64,000 nucleotides of DNA from Octopus bimaculoides (GCF_001194135.2 NC_068996.1:52206187-52270186); one strand, 5' to 3'; shown: positions 37,798 to 51,114, counted from the first letter of the stretch. The notes: generated from the sequence alone by a model not told the origin. Program-made: numbers and translations.

Positions 37798-38290
37798 TGC
37801 ACCAATTGTACTGCACTCAATAGATTCCAGATCCAAGTGAATTGCAGGTTCCAAGTAAGGTGAATGATAAACGGATAATAACAGAGAGATTGTGATACAC
37901 TACAACTGTCTCAGGCATGTTTTTAATTGATGAGCAGATGTGTTACATCATGCAAAAAAAAGAAAGAAAACGTTTCCATTATGTGAATACACGTAAGAAT
38001 TAAACATTTTGAACATCTCAAGAACAAGTACAAAGTGCCATTTCGACTCTGGTTGGTAGAGTCAAAAATAGCACTTTGTGTTGGAATTGTGATGTTCAAA
38101 ATGTTTAATTCTTACATGAATTCACCTGATGAAAATGGTTTTTTTCACTTCTATTCATCAATAAAAAACATGTTTGAAATAGCTGTAGTGAACCACAATC
38201 CATCTGTTGTTATTTGTTTATCATTCACCTTACTTGGAACCTGCAGTTCACAAGGGTCTGGAGTCTATTAAATGCAGTACAATTGGTGCA
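37798..38290. repeat. ~490-bp imperfect fold-back palindrome centred near 38054
   Basis: Outer tgcaccaattgtactgca..ggttccaagtaaggtgaatgataaac arms, inner gtaagaattaaacattttgaacatc arms, centre gactct-ggttggt-agagtc. Confidence 0.85.
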
Positions 38291-38744
38291 GTGTTTGTAC
38301 CTATGTGCAGCCTTGGGACTCGTTGCTTATTCAGTCAGCCATTTGTGATTGTACATACAACTGGAATATAAATCTCTGTTTACTGTAGTATGTATTTTTC
38401 TTCACATATTGTTTGTATGCACTGACCCAACCATTGTGCTTTACTATCTAAGGACCTGACTTGCTTGAATCTTGAATTTGTATATATGCGTATATGTATG
38501 TATGTGTGTGTATGTGTGTGTATACACATATACATATGTTAAATAAAATGACACAGCCTTAGCTTTGTTGTTTCATTTTACTTAACACATACATGCTCAC
38601 ACAAGACCCACATTAGACTCCTCACTCGTATTATTATCGAACTGGGAGTCTAACTACAGACCTCCCATAGCACTTACAGAGCCTTTCCTGCCATCTTGGG
38701 TCTTATGGATACCAACAACTCTCATATATATTATTACCTAATAA

Positions 38745-38782
<38 letters not shown>

Positions 38783-38985
38783 NNNNNNNNNNNNNNNNNN
38801 NNNNNNNNNNNNNNNNNNNNNNNNNNNNNNNNNNNNNNNNNNNNNNNNNNNNNNNNNNNNNNNNNNNNNNNNNNNNNNNNNNNNNNNNNNNNNNNNNNNN
38901 NNNNNNNNNNNNNNNNNNNNNNNNNNNNNNNNNNNNNNNNNNNNNNNNNNNNNNNNNNNNNNNNNNNNNNNNNNNNNNNNNNNNN

Positions 38986-39047
<62 letters not shown>

Positions 39048-40369
39048 CCTTTCCATATCTTCTTTGTTTACCACCTCTATTCCTATTAATCTTCCTCTTT
39101 CTCTATCCTTATAGCTTTTTACTCTCACTCTTATCCTTATCTTTCTCCTTGCTCTTTCAATTAATGTTTTGACTTGCCCCTACACACTCTGTTATTTCCA
39201 CCCACATTCTTTTCAGCACTGTCTCTCCACCCCTTCACTCTACCATCTCTTTTGAATTGCTTTCATTAAAAATAAGCATTTACAAAGTTTTTCTTTGAGA
39301 TATTTGGGGAATGTTTGTGAAAAACTTTACTCTATTTCTTTTTATCATATCAAATTACAAGAGAATAATACAATATGCATATTGTACTATTTGTTTCCAC
39401 ATTAGCAATTTTCAATTCAGCATGAGTCATCCAAAAAAATATGTGACTGAAACAGAATGGTTGACAACAAAGGGAGAGAAAGGTAACTGAATGATAGAAT
39501 ACCAGAGCAAAATGACTGAAATACATGTCTGAATATGTATATAGGCATAGAGAGTATAATTCTGCTTTTGCTGCACGTGACAGACTGGTTAGGGTATCTC
39601 AAGAACAGAATAATCTACTTCAAACAAAACAATACAATGAGCCAGTTTTGACTGTCTGTGAATAATCAGGTGCCAATTGATATTCATCATCAAACAGGCA
39701 GAATATGCAGACAAATATCTCACACAAATAATGATGAGGTTCAAACTGAAACAGCAGTGCAAACAGAGTGCTGAAAGATCAAACCAAAAATGTACAGTAG
39801 GAGAATAGAAGAAAAAAATCTTCCATACCAGAAACATGTTTATTAAAAGGTTTAGCAATGCTAATTTTAACAACTTTCAAGAATAGGCTGTCCTCTCTGT
39901 TATCCAGCTACATTATGCAGGGAGACTCTTTGACAATGTCTGTTTACACTGCAAATCCTACAGATGGCCTTCTGAATCGAAAATTCTGTGTTGCTTTGAG
40001 GGGAAGGTAAAATTGGACAAACTGCATCCTCCTCTGCCAAATATTCTTTAGTATTTTGATGGTGATCAGACAGGAAACAATTTCCTGGAAAATATACATT
40101 CAAATAACAATGTGCAAGCATTAGCAAACCTGGCTGGGTTGCAGAGAAATGAGGACCCCACTGCATTTCATATGGGTCCACAATTTGCACTATGTACACC
40201 ATATGGAATCTCTATGTACACTACATGGAATCTCTATCTACACCTTTTCCACATACAAATAGGACATTTTCCAAAATGGATTAGCATTCTGTCTATTTAT
40301 CTGCTTACTAGAATTTTGGCTCTTCCTTGTTAAGTTAACTTTAATTTTTTGATTCCAAACATAGAATTT

Positions 40370-40860
40370 ATTTTATAATTCTACAACATATTCATCAGCA
40401 CAGAGGAGCTCCTATGGGCAACTGGTTTTTTACATCCTCTGTTATGGTTTAGAGGACTCTGATAAACACAAGAGCACTGAGAAACGAGCCTTGCACACTA
40501 GATTTATTGCTGTAATCATTACTATTACCTTATTGAAATCTCCTCTGCACATAGCCTGGATAGCTCTAGCTTCCACAACAACCACCAGATTTGAGAGTAA
40601 AGGACTTTGTTGAAAGCTTTCTCCAGGTTGATGAAAGCCAAGTAAAAAGGTTCACTTCTGGTTAAATACTTCTCTTGCAATTGCCTTGCTAGAGAGCATC
40701 AGTGGTACTTCTCCCCCAGCATGAAACCAAGCTGCATCTAGTCGAGTTTAACTCTCTTCCTAATCAGTTGAGCTATAACTGTTTCTGTAACTTTTACAAC
40801 TGAGTCAAACAATTTTTTGATTCTCTTTTAAGCATTCTCTTTATCCATTTCTATAACGCT
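40370..40860 (-). mobile_element. Degenerate RTE RT fragment
   Basis: Parallels 2440-2950 (gaggagctcc, tgatgaaagccaagta, ccaagctgcatct..actctcttcctaatcagttg). Confidence 0.6.
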
Positions 40861-42743
40861 GCTGCACTAGTCACTGACGCAATCATACATAAAGATACAG
40901 AAATACACACGTATCTAACTATAATATTTACTAGAAAAAATGAAAATTCTATTGTAGTAAAAAGGAATGTGTGCAGATACTTGAGCTAAGATTCAGTGTT
41001 ACCAGCTACATTCCATGTATAGCTTTTAAAATTTCATGAATTCACATCTTGTAAGATAAAATCTCCCAATATGATTCGATGATTTAAAATATTTCCTTTA
41101 AAGTCTATGGACTTAGAAGACGTCTTTGAGTATTTGATTTGTAGCACTAATTATTTCTAGCTTTTTCTTTTTCTTGATATAATCCTGAGTGAACCTGAAA
41201 AAAACATTAAACATTACAATTAATTATTTGGATAATATTTATTTTCCTTAATTTTCTTTTGAGCCATGTATTATACTTATTTCTATGCACAAACATTATT
41301 ACAAGTCAACTAGCTAAAAAATGTCAACTAAAATCTATTTCTGTATTTTTGAAATATTTACATTGAAATGTAATTGGAAAAATAAAATTTACATATGATG
41401 GCTCAGGCTATTGGATGTATATTATACATGGTTGGTTACAATGTACTTCCTTGCATTGTTGTAGTTTTAGAATGATGTCACCCTGCTGGCCAGGTAAGCA
41501 GGCCAGCATTTCCCCTAAATAGAACACTAGTTCATCACAGGGTGACACAGTTACAGCTGAGTGGACTGGAGCAGCATGAAAGGAAGTGTTTTGCTCAAGA
41601 ACACAATGTACTCTTTTGGTTTGGGAATCAAAACCATAATCTTGCAATCATGAGTGCAACACCCTAACCAATAAATCATTCATGAGTGTAATCATGGGAA
41701 AATAGCTTATTCAATTTCGTTTTTGTATTTGGTTTGCAAGATTCTTTATATGAATCTGTGTGTTGAAGCATATTTTATTGTCTGGGGAGAGTCATTCTCT
41801 TTTAGTGCCTTATTAATTTAACTCACTCACCGGTTTGATTTCCATTCATTAACTTATTTATTTTTCTAACATTTTCATTGCGTCTTGCAACTTTTTTAAT
41901 AGCTTATTTAATTAAAACCATTCTTTCCAAAAAGTATATTTTTTAGCGTACAAGACCCATTAATAAAACAATCTCAATATTTACTTTCTTCGTTATTGAC
42001 CCTCCTTTAATTAAAATACACAAAGGAATGTAACTAATGAAAAATAACTTGCTTTTAAATGTTTTCTACTAATAATTTAAATCACTTACATGTACTTCCT
42101 TGTACATATTTCATTTTAATGAATGAATGCATTTTCTTTTGTATGAATATAAACCGTACCTTTGTAAGTAAGTTTTTTTCAAACAAATGAAATCTCTGGA
42201 GTGAAGCACAAAATGTCAGAAAGTAGGTAGGAAGGTACTATTGCATCAATATAGAGACTATCACTTAAGGCAGTAAATTAACAGTCATTAGAGAATCTAA
42301 AAACATAAATGAAAAAATATAAAATTGCTTTGCATTCTTTATCCTACCACTTCATGTTCTATGTTCAAATCTTGAAAAGGTCAAAATAAGAACGTTTTCT
42401 AAGCAAAAGGGTTTCTTCTTCCCAGTGAAATTTCTGGGGAAGATGCTTTTGTATTACTATAGAGATTAATATATGCATAAGAATTCTGCTTTTCAAATTC
42501 AATAGAAATTTTGACATTTAGCCCCTTGAACCCCATTTCAAACTGCTACATAGACAACATATATAAAAAGAGAAGTTAAGAGAAAATATCAAACATGCTC
42601 TTAACTATGCACAAACCAGGAGAGCAAACTTTTAATTTCCAATTTTTTTCTTATTTCCCAATTATTTTTTATTTCCTTGACTTTGAATTTTTAGTATTTG
42701 ACAAGATGGACAGACACATTTAAACCGATAATATTTTATAAAC

Positions 42744-42983
42744 ATTTCTTATTTCTTTATTGCCCACAAGGGGCTAAACATAGAGGGGACAAACAATGAC
42801 AGACAAAGGGATTAAGTCGATTACATCGACCCCAGTGCGTAACTGGTACTTAATTTATCGACCCCAAAAGGATGAAAGGCAAAGTCGACCACAGCGGAAT
42901 TTGAACTCAGAATGTCACGACAGCAGACAAAATATCGCTAAGCATTTCGTCTGGTGTGCTAACGTTTCTGCCAGCTCGCCGCC
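42744..42983 (-). mobile_element. Full-length tRNA-SINE, left member of a head-to-head pair
   Basis: Reverse complement of the 35868-36094 family. Confidence 0.85.
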
Positions 42984-43004
42984 TTTAATAAATATTTCTA
43001 TTAA

Positions 43005-43221
43005 GGTGGTGAGCTGGCAGAAACGTTAGCATGCTGGGCAAAATGCTGAGCGGTATTTCATCTGTCTTTACGTTCTGAGTTCAAATTCCTTCGAGGTCGA
43101 CTTTGCCTTTCATCCTTTTGGGGTTGATAAATTAGGTACCAGTTGTGTACTGGGGTCGATCTAATCGACTGCCCCTCCCTCTCCAAAAAATTTCAGGCTT
43201 TGTACCGAGAGTAGAAAAGAA
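43005..43221 (+). mobile_element. tRNA-SINE with a different 3' tail, right member of the pair
   Basis: ggtggtgagctggcagaaacgttag..gagttcaaattcc..ggtcgatctaatcgact; tail type as in 4303-4522. Confidence 0.85.
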
Positions 43222-43423
43222 TGTTTTATAAAAGTCACAAAACGTAACAAATATAAACGTGTTTATCCTGACTGATTAAAGGAAAAAGTAAAAAAAAGTC
43301 TTTAAACATGTATCCTTGTTGTTTCCACTTTTACTTTTTACCTCTCTCTTGATGTTATCTAGAAGTAGATATATCTATTGATGAATGTACATATGCATAC
43401 ATATTTATGCATATATATCTGTA

Positions 43424-44410
43424 CGAATAGCCATGCTACATGGCAGTGAAACATGGGCTGTGACTGCTGAGGACATGTGTAAGCTTGCAAGGAATGAAGC
43501 CAGTATGCACCGATGGATGAGTAATGTCAGTGTGCATACCCGACAGAGTGTAAGTATCTTGAGAGAAAAGTTGAACATAAGAAGCATCAGCTGTGGTGTG
43601 CAAGAGAGACGGTTGCGCTGGTATGGACATGTGGCGAGAATGGACGAGGATAGCTGCGTGAAAAAGTGCCACACCCTAACAGTTGCGGGAACCCGTGGAA
43701 GAGGTAGGCCCAGGAAGACCTGGGCTGAGGTGGTGAGGCAAGACCTTCGAACATTGGGCCTCACCAAGGCGATGACTTCTGATCGAGACCTTTGGAAATA
43801 TGCTTTGCGTGAGAAGACCCGGCAAGCCAAGTGAGACCTAAATCCAAGACCTCTGCCAGGGGGGTAGCCAGCCCACTTATGCATACCTTTCCTTCTTTGG
43901 ACACTAAACTCCACTTGCAAAGACATGTTGAGGCAAGTAAAATCGAAATCGAACTAAATTCGACGACTGGCACCCATGCCAACATCATCTCTTTCATTGG
44001 ACATGAAACTCAGCTTGCGAAGACTTATTGGGGTAAGCGAAAGCGAAATCGGGATGGCACCTGTGCCCAGCATCGCCTTTTTGGCACTTGTGCCCGTGAT
44101 ATGTGTAATGGACTTTCGAGCGAGATCGTTGCCAGTTCCCCTGGACTGGCTCTTGTGCGGGTGGCACATAAAGTACACCATTTGAGCGTGGCCGTTGCCA
44201 GTACCGCCTGACTGGCCTTCGTGCGGGTGGCACGTAAAAGCACCCACTACACTCTCAGAGTGGTTAGTGTTAGGAAGGGCATCCAGCTGTAGAAACTCTG
44301 CCAAATCAGATTGGAGCCTGGTGTAGCCATCCGGTTTCACCAGTCCTCGGTCAAATCGTCCAACCCATGCTAGCATGGAAAGCGGACGTTAAACGATGAT
44401 GATGATGATG
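43424..44410 (+). mobile_element. Relatively young 5'-truncated RTE LINE with 9-bp TSD
   Basis: Open C-terminus LHGSETWAV..QERRLRWYGHVARM..GRGRPRKTW..DRDLWK to stop at 43834, complete 3' UTR, (GAT)n tail; TSD atatctgta at 43415-43423 and 44411-44419. Confidence 0.9.
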
Positions 44411-44439
44411 ATATCTGTATGTATATATACATATGTATT

Positions 44440-45485
44440 CAGAGTGTCCCAAAGTAATGTATACACACATTGAATGATTATAAACTCAGTATTTATAGAA
44501 ATACATTTCATTTTCAAAATTTAAGAGACTCTGACAGAATTAAAATTTTTATGAATGCCTATTTTCAAACTGATGACTCTTCTTGTCTGGGCACTGCTGC
44601 TAACATGATGAATGGAATCAAAAACATCAAGAAACATTGTTTGATATTTCTGTGCATTCTCTTTCAAAGACTGCTTTCAATTTATTGGCAGTTGCAGGTT
44701 TTGTACTGTAAACATTATTTTTAAAGAATTCCCATAAAAAAAAAGTTTAGCAATGTGAGGTCTTCTGAAGATGGAAGACATTCTAGTTGACCTCTTTGTT
44801 TGGCAAACTTTCTTTAATATAGTTTCTTATATCATTAATAAAATTCCACATCTTCAAAGTCACACCATAACTCCAGTAATTTAACATGACGTTCCTCCAT
44901 AATATGCACATTCTCAGGCTTCCCATAGGTACAATTATGGTAGTTAATTAAGTCACTTAATTTCAATGTAGCCATATTATTCCAATCTTTGATGGAAAGT
45001 GAGCATCTTCTTCAAATTTTGCCAAGTACTATTTGTAAAAGTCTACACTTTGGTCTGGGTCATCTTTGAGAACATGAACTAATTTTGGAATGTTACTTTC
45101 CCAATGACAATGCTTCAAAATGCAATGAGCACTTGATTTTGAAATTCCTATTTCATGACTTTCTTGCTGCATGGATTTTCATGAACTCTAGCAATACATT
45201 TCTAGTGCCCTTTCTTGCTTTGTAAGGCTTCCAGAACATTTTTTATGAACATTCTTGAGAACAATCTGAATAGTTCCATCAGCTTTGAGTGATTTTAAGT
45301 TGCACGTGTTGATCTGTTTGAAACTCCCCCCAAGAATGTCTTTGTATATCAATTGCATTTTCAAACTTCCAACAGCACTTTGGGATAAATTTCCTTGGTT
45401 CAAATTTTAGTTTGGTACCAATTAGAAACTGAATTATCAACTATTAAAGTGTGTACATTTTTTGGGGGGATACACACACACCCAG
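44440..45485 (-). mobile_element. Tc1/mariner relic (DUF4817-type HTH transposase)
   Basis: EIGISKSSAHCILK..KLVHVLKDDPD..INYHNC..PSSEDLTLLNFFLWEF; TIR-like ends cagagtgtcccaaagtaatgtatacacac and gtgtgtacatttttt..cacccagta. Confidence 0.7.
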
Positions 45486-45524
<39 letters not shown>

Positions 45525-45526
<2 letters not shown>

Positions 45527-45860
45527 TGAGACCCCCTTCGGTCATGACTGACCATGGGATTGCACCTAGAAAGTTACCCTCCAAGGTACAAGTCTGGGCA
45601 AGGTTGTTTATGGAAGACCAACAATCACCCATGCATACCAGCCTCCCCTCTCCATGCCACCAATGTTATCCAAGGGAAAGGCAAAGGGGCGAATACAGCT
45701 TGGCACCTGTGATGTCACAACTCATTTCTACAGCTGAGTGAACTGGAGCAACGTGAAATAAAGTGTCTTGCTCAAGAACACAACACACAGCCCAGTCCAA
45801 GAATCAAACTCACAACCCCATGGTCGTAAGTTCAACGCTCTAACCACTGAGCCATGCGCC
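45525..45860 (-). mobile_element. Full-length tRNA-SINE (ttgagcaagacact core family)
   Basis: Head ggcgcatggctcagtggttagagcg..gagtttgattc with A and B boxes. Confidence 0.8.
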
Positions 45861-45963
45861 TTCACACACACACACACACACATATATACACACACATGCA
45901 TACATATATACATACATATATATACACGTATACATACATATACATATATAAATATATATGAAG

Positions 45964-47180
45964 TTACTTGGAAATGGATGCATGGCATTCAATCATATAA
46001 TAATATAAATAATATATATATATATATGCATATATACATACATATATGTACATATATATATATATGTATATATACATGCATATATGGGTACAAGACGTCA
46101 CAAAACGTAAACAACATAAAATACAGATGCAAACTTTGATATACGAACAAAAGAAACAAATGGAAAACAAGACAAGTAACATGATGTGAATTGCTCGAAA
46201 TGTGGAATAGATGAACAGCCAACAAGTGATGAAGGGTTGTTCTTTATGTTACTTGTCTTGTTTTCCATTTATTTCTCTCGTTCGCATACTCAAATTTGCC
46301 TCTGTATTGCATGTTGTTTACATTTTCTGACATCCTGTACCCATATATACATGTATATACACATTTATATGTAAGTATGTACATACATATATGTATATAT
46401 TTTATTTATATTATTATATGATTGAATGCCACGTATCCATTTCCAAGTAAGTTTATCTTAATAATTTTGATGTGACTCTAACCTGTACTGTTCTCTCTCT
46501 CTCTTCCCTTTCATTTTCTCTCTCATCCTTTCTCCTCCCCCTTCACTATTTTCTATTCATCTCTCTCCCGCTTCCTCCTTTACTCTCTCGTTGCTCACAT
46601 GTGACCATTGTCCATTTTTCTTTTCCTCATGTTATCATCTTTCTTTTCCTTCACTCCGTCACACAGACCAGATGCATTCTTATATGTTTCCTCTCCCATC
46701 TTTTCTCTTGTCAAAGAATATTCCTCCAGCGTTCACTACCTTACCTTGTCTGGCCTAACGGCCCGCCATGTTTGTTTTCATTTAGTTTGATGTATTTCTC
46801 CAGTGTTCTATTTTTGTTACCAACTTTGACCCTCTGCAAATCCCAAATTTTACTTTCGTTCACGGGAGCAACTGTTTTACAAAGCCTCATATTTTCCTGA
46901 ATTGCTTGAAATGTGGAGTAGATGAGCAGCCGACAACTGATGAAGGGTTATTCTTTATGTTACTTGTCTTGTTTTCCATTTGTTTCTCTCGTTGTTTGCA
47001 TACCCAAGTTTGTCTTCCTATTTCATATTGTTTTCATATTTCGTAATTCATGTTGTTTACATTTTGTGATGTCCTATCCCCATATATGCATGTATATATA
47101 CATATATATGTAAGTATGTACATATATGTATGTATAAATGCATATATATATATTTTATTTATATTATTATATATACATAT
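45964..47180. repeat. Compound inverted and direct repeat of an unclassified element, possibly Penelope-LTR-derived
   Basis: 45964-46180 pairs with 46245-46450; right half repeated at 46905-47180; 46410-46560 is related to the reverse complement of 49790-49935. Confidence 0.6.
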
Positions 47181-47393
47181 ATGTATACATACATACATAC
47201 ATACATATATATCACGCACACACACACACAGACCCGCGTGCACGCACACATACTTACCTCTCTCTTGCACTCTCCTGTCTTAGAAAGAACTTTTCCTCCA
47301 CCCCTTCCCCTTCTGGACCTTCCACAATGTAACCTCGTGGACATCGATGGCGATTTTTTCTTCCTCCGTTTTTCCCTTCTTTGGACTTTCCTT

Positions 47394-47428
47394 GTATCCG
47401 ACGAAGAGCTCCGCTCGAAACGTCATGT
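47394..47428 (+). ncRNA. Minimal hammerhead-ribozyme-like motif (Penelope type), U4C variant
   Basis: guau CCGACGA A GAGC ucc GCUC GAAAC GUC augu: stem II, GAAAC, palindromic ACGU stem III, GUC site, weak stem I. Confidence 0.55.
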
Positions 47429-47531
47429 TCTCTCTCTTTCTTTTCCAGAGCGTCTAGTAACACAATCTGTATCACATCCTCACATTGTTGTTTTTTGATG
47501 TTTTTTTTTATCCTTTTCCTTTTTTTGAACC

Positions 47532-47570
<39 letters not shown>

Positions 47571-47979
47571 GAACCATTCTTAATAGTGACATTCAAAATA
47601 GATAAAGTTATAGATAATATTAGGTTAAAGACCCCTTGGATATACATGACGTAAACAATATAAAGTAATCACTCGTCATATTGTGGTTCACCTATTGTGC
47701 CCTCAGTACATCATGAATTTTTCTGGCTAATATAGGTAAATTTATATCACAGGTTACTGTGGCCAATAGGTATTTATATATTATTTAGATTTTAATTTTT
47801 TCTGAGGTAAAATAAACGTTTTCATGCCTAACAATTAATAGATAAAAATATTCTTATTACTTGCTCTGGCTGTTTTTTATGAATATGATGAATCTTTATT
47901 AGAAATCACTCATTCTCTCTTTTTGGACCTCTCAAGAAGTTTATACTGCTCTCTTTTGAACTTATTTTTTCCCACATAT

Positions 47980-48087
47980 ATATGTATACATGTACATATA
48001 TATATATGTATATTTATATATGTATATATATATATGTGTGTGTATGTGTGTGTGTGTGTGTGTGTGTGTATAATATGTACATATATA

Positions 48088-48140
<53 letters not shown>

Positions 48141-48141
48141 A

Positions 48142-48190
<49 letters not shown>

Positions 48191-48657
48191 TTGTGTATGT
48201 GTATGTGAATATATGTATATATATGAATATATATATATATACGTATATCTATATATGTATATATATGAATATATATATACATATATCTATATATGTATAT
48301 ATATAGATGTATATAAATATGAGTATATATGTATATATATATATATATATGAAAATACGTGTATATATATGTATATATACATATGTATATACACATACTT
48401 ATATACATATGTATATATATGAATATATATATACACGTATACATATATGAATATGTATATACATATATATATATACATATATATGAATATGTATATATGT
48501 ATATATATGTGTATATATATATACATATAGAGATACATATATACACATGTATATACTTACATGTATACATATATATACACATATATACATACACATACAT
48601 ATATACATATATACACACACATACATATATACATATATACACACACATACATATATA
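47980..48657. repeat. Compound (TA)/(CA)/(TG) microsatellite tract running into an N-gap
   Basis: Direct inspection; similar tracts at 18920-18990, 19235-19350, 33190-33250 and 49935-50155. Confidence 0.95.
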
Positions 48658-49230
48658 NNNNNNNNNNNNNNNNNNNNNNNNNNNNNNNNNNNNNNNNNNN
48701 NNNNNNNNNNNNNNNNNNNNNNNNNNNNNNNNNNNNNNNNNNNNNNNNNNNNNNNNNNNNNNNNNNNNNNNNNNNNNNNNNNNNNNNNNNNNNNNNNNNN
48801 NNNNNNNNNNNNNNNNNNNNNNNNNNNNNNNNNNNNNNNNNNNNNNNNNNNNNNNNNNNNNNNNNNNNNNNNNNNNNNNNNNNNNNNNNNNNNNNNNNNN
48901 NNNNNNNNNNNNNNNNNNNNNNNNNNNNNNNNNNNNNNNNNNNNNNNNNNNNNNNNNNNNNNNNNNNNNNNNNNNNNNNNNNNNNNNNNNNNNNNNNNNN
49001 NNNNNNNNNNNNNNNNNNNNNNNNNNNNNNNNNNNNNNNNNNNNNNNNNNNNNNNNNNNNNNNNNNNNNNNNNNNNNNNNNNNNNNNNNNNNNNNNNNNN
49101 NNNNNNNNNNNNNNNNNNNNNNNNNNNNNNNNNNNNNNNNNNNNNNNNNNNNNNNNNNNNNNNNNNNNNNNNNNNNNNNNNNNNNNNNNNNNNNNNNNNN
49201 NNNNNNNNNNNNNNNNNNNNNNNNNNNNNN
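48658..49230. other. Largest assembly gap (others near 1226, 10058, 15749, 21160, 28798, 38783, 50294)
   Basis: Runs of N, mostly beside microsatellites or repeats. Confidence 1.
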
Positions 49231-50022
49231 NAAACGATGATGATGATGATGATGATATGTACATACCTACATCTATATGTATACATACATGCATATATGG
49301 GTAGAGGACAAAAAAAAAAACGTTAAACAGAATGAGAAACGAAAACAGAAAACGAACTTTTTTTGAATAACGAAAAAAACAAACAGAGAAATGAGACATG
49401 CAACATAAAGAGTTGTCCCTGTTCCATCTACTCCGCGTTTCAAAGGCAAGGACAATATGCATCTTCATTGGAACAGTCTTTCCCGCAAAGCAAATTAAAT
49501 AAAATTTGGAATATTTTTGCGGAGGGTGAAAGTGTTGACAAGAACGGGACAGTGAGAACAAGACAGTAAAAACAAACGGTGAGGGCTGTTAAGCCAAGAC
49601 GATAGAAAAATTATTATTTTGAACGCTAGTTAGACGTAAATGGGAGAAGAGACAAAAAACACGTCTTCTCTACAGGAAAGCAGTGGATAGAGAGAGAGAA
49701 TCCCTTTCGTCACATGTCAGCGATGAGAGGGTGAAGGAGGAAGAGTGAGAGAGAGAGAGAGAGAGAGGGAACAGTGAAAGGGAGAGAAGACTAGGGAAAG
49801 GGTGGGAGAGAAAAACAGAAAGGAAGAAGAACAAGAGAGGGAGAGAGAGAGTAGTAGAAGAGTGCACACTGTAATTATTAAGATAAAACTTACTTGGAAA
49901 AGAATGCGTGGTGTTCGATCATATAACATAAATAATATATATACACACATATATATACACATATATATACATATATATATAAACATACATATATACACAC
50001 ATATATACACATACATATGTAT

Positions 50023-50054
<32 letters not shown>

Positions 50055-50643
50055 ACATACATATATACATACAAATAAATATATGCACATACATATATAT
50101 ATATATACACACATATACATATGTACACACATATATACATATATATATACATATATGGCACCTGTGCCCAGCGTCGCCTTTCTGGCACTTGTGCCCACGC
50201 CATGTGTAAGGATTTTCAAGCGAGATCGTTGCCACTGCCCCTTGACTGGCTCTTGTGCGGGTGGCACATAAAATGCACCATTTTGAGCGTGGCNNNNNNN
50301 NNNNNNNNNNNNNNNNNNNNNNNNNNNNNNNNNNNNNNNNNNNNNNNNNNNNNNNNNNNNNNNNNNNNNNNNNNNNNNNNNNNNNNNNNNNNNATATTGG
50401 TGAATGTGTGGGTGAGCATGTGTGTTTCAAGCGAGAGTGGATGAGTATATACATATAGGTGCATGTACATGGGTGTGTGGGCGCGCATGTGTATGTATGG
50501 ACTGGTGCACTTACGTGAATACTATGGACATTTTTATTCCCTTACTTTTACTCCCTCCCTTCACTTAGTGGTCATTCTAATAGCTCTTTTGTCTTAATAA
50601 CAGGCAACTACACAGTAATTTCCCTTTATTTAACGGTCACTTC

Positions 50644-50648
50644 AGTGA

Positions 50649-50713
<65 letters not shown>

Positions 50714-50854
50714 TCGAAAAATACCTTAGGAATGAGAACCCAAGTTCGAAATTTCCCCAAGACACCTGATGAAGGCTGGGAGAGTATATCAGCCAAAATG
50801 TTGTGTTAACAACAAACAAGACGAGGACAAATATCTGTCAATTGTAAATAATGT
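50644..50854 (+). mobile_element. Headless copy of the tRNA-SINE with hammerhead-like tail
   Basis: cagtgacctga(ata)n..gaaaaataccttaggaatgagaaccc..gacacctgatgaaggctg..cagccaaaatgttgtgtt..tgtaaataatgt; colinear with 59755-59932. Confidence 0.75.
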
Positions 50855-51114
50855 AATTAAATTGTGGAAAAATTAAATGAAATGTTTTTTGAAAATATTT
50901 CCATAGCTTTCAAATACGTGGGATATTTTCCTTTTCTCTGTCTCTCTCTCTCTTACTGCAGTGAAGGCTTGGTAATAGGTAGTAGCAGTCTTAAAAGAAT
51001 ATTCTTTTAGGACTGCTAGTATCAAGCCTTCACAGGAGTAAAAGAAAGAGAGGTACAGAAAAAAAGAAAAATGTTTTCGAAAAATATTTCATTTAATTTT
51101 TCTACAATTTAATT
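50855..51114. repeat. ~260-bp imperfect palindrome centred at 51000/51001
   Basis: Centre aaaagaat|attctttt; arms gtgaaggcttggta/tatcaagccttcac and aattaaattgtggaaaaattaaatgaaat/atttcatttaatttttctacaatttaatt. Confidence 0.8.

Noticed and set aside
45768-50488. Many long ORFs rich in YI/CV/HT and X
   Set aside because: Translations of TA/CA/TG microsatellites and N-gaps
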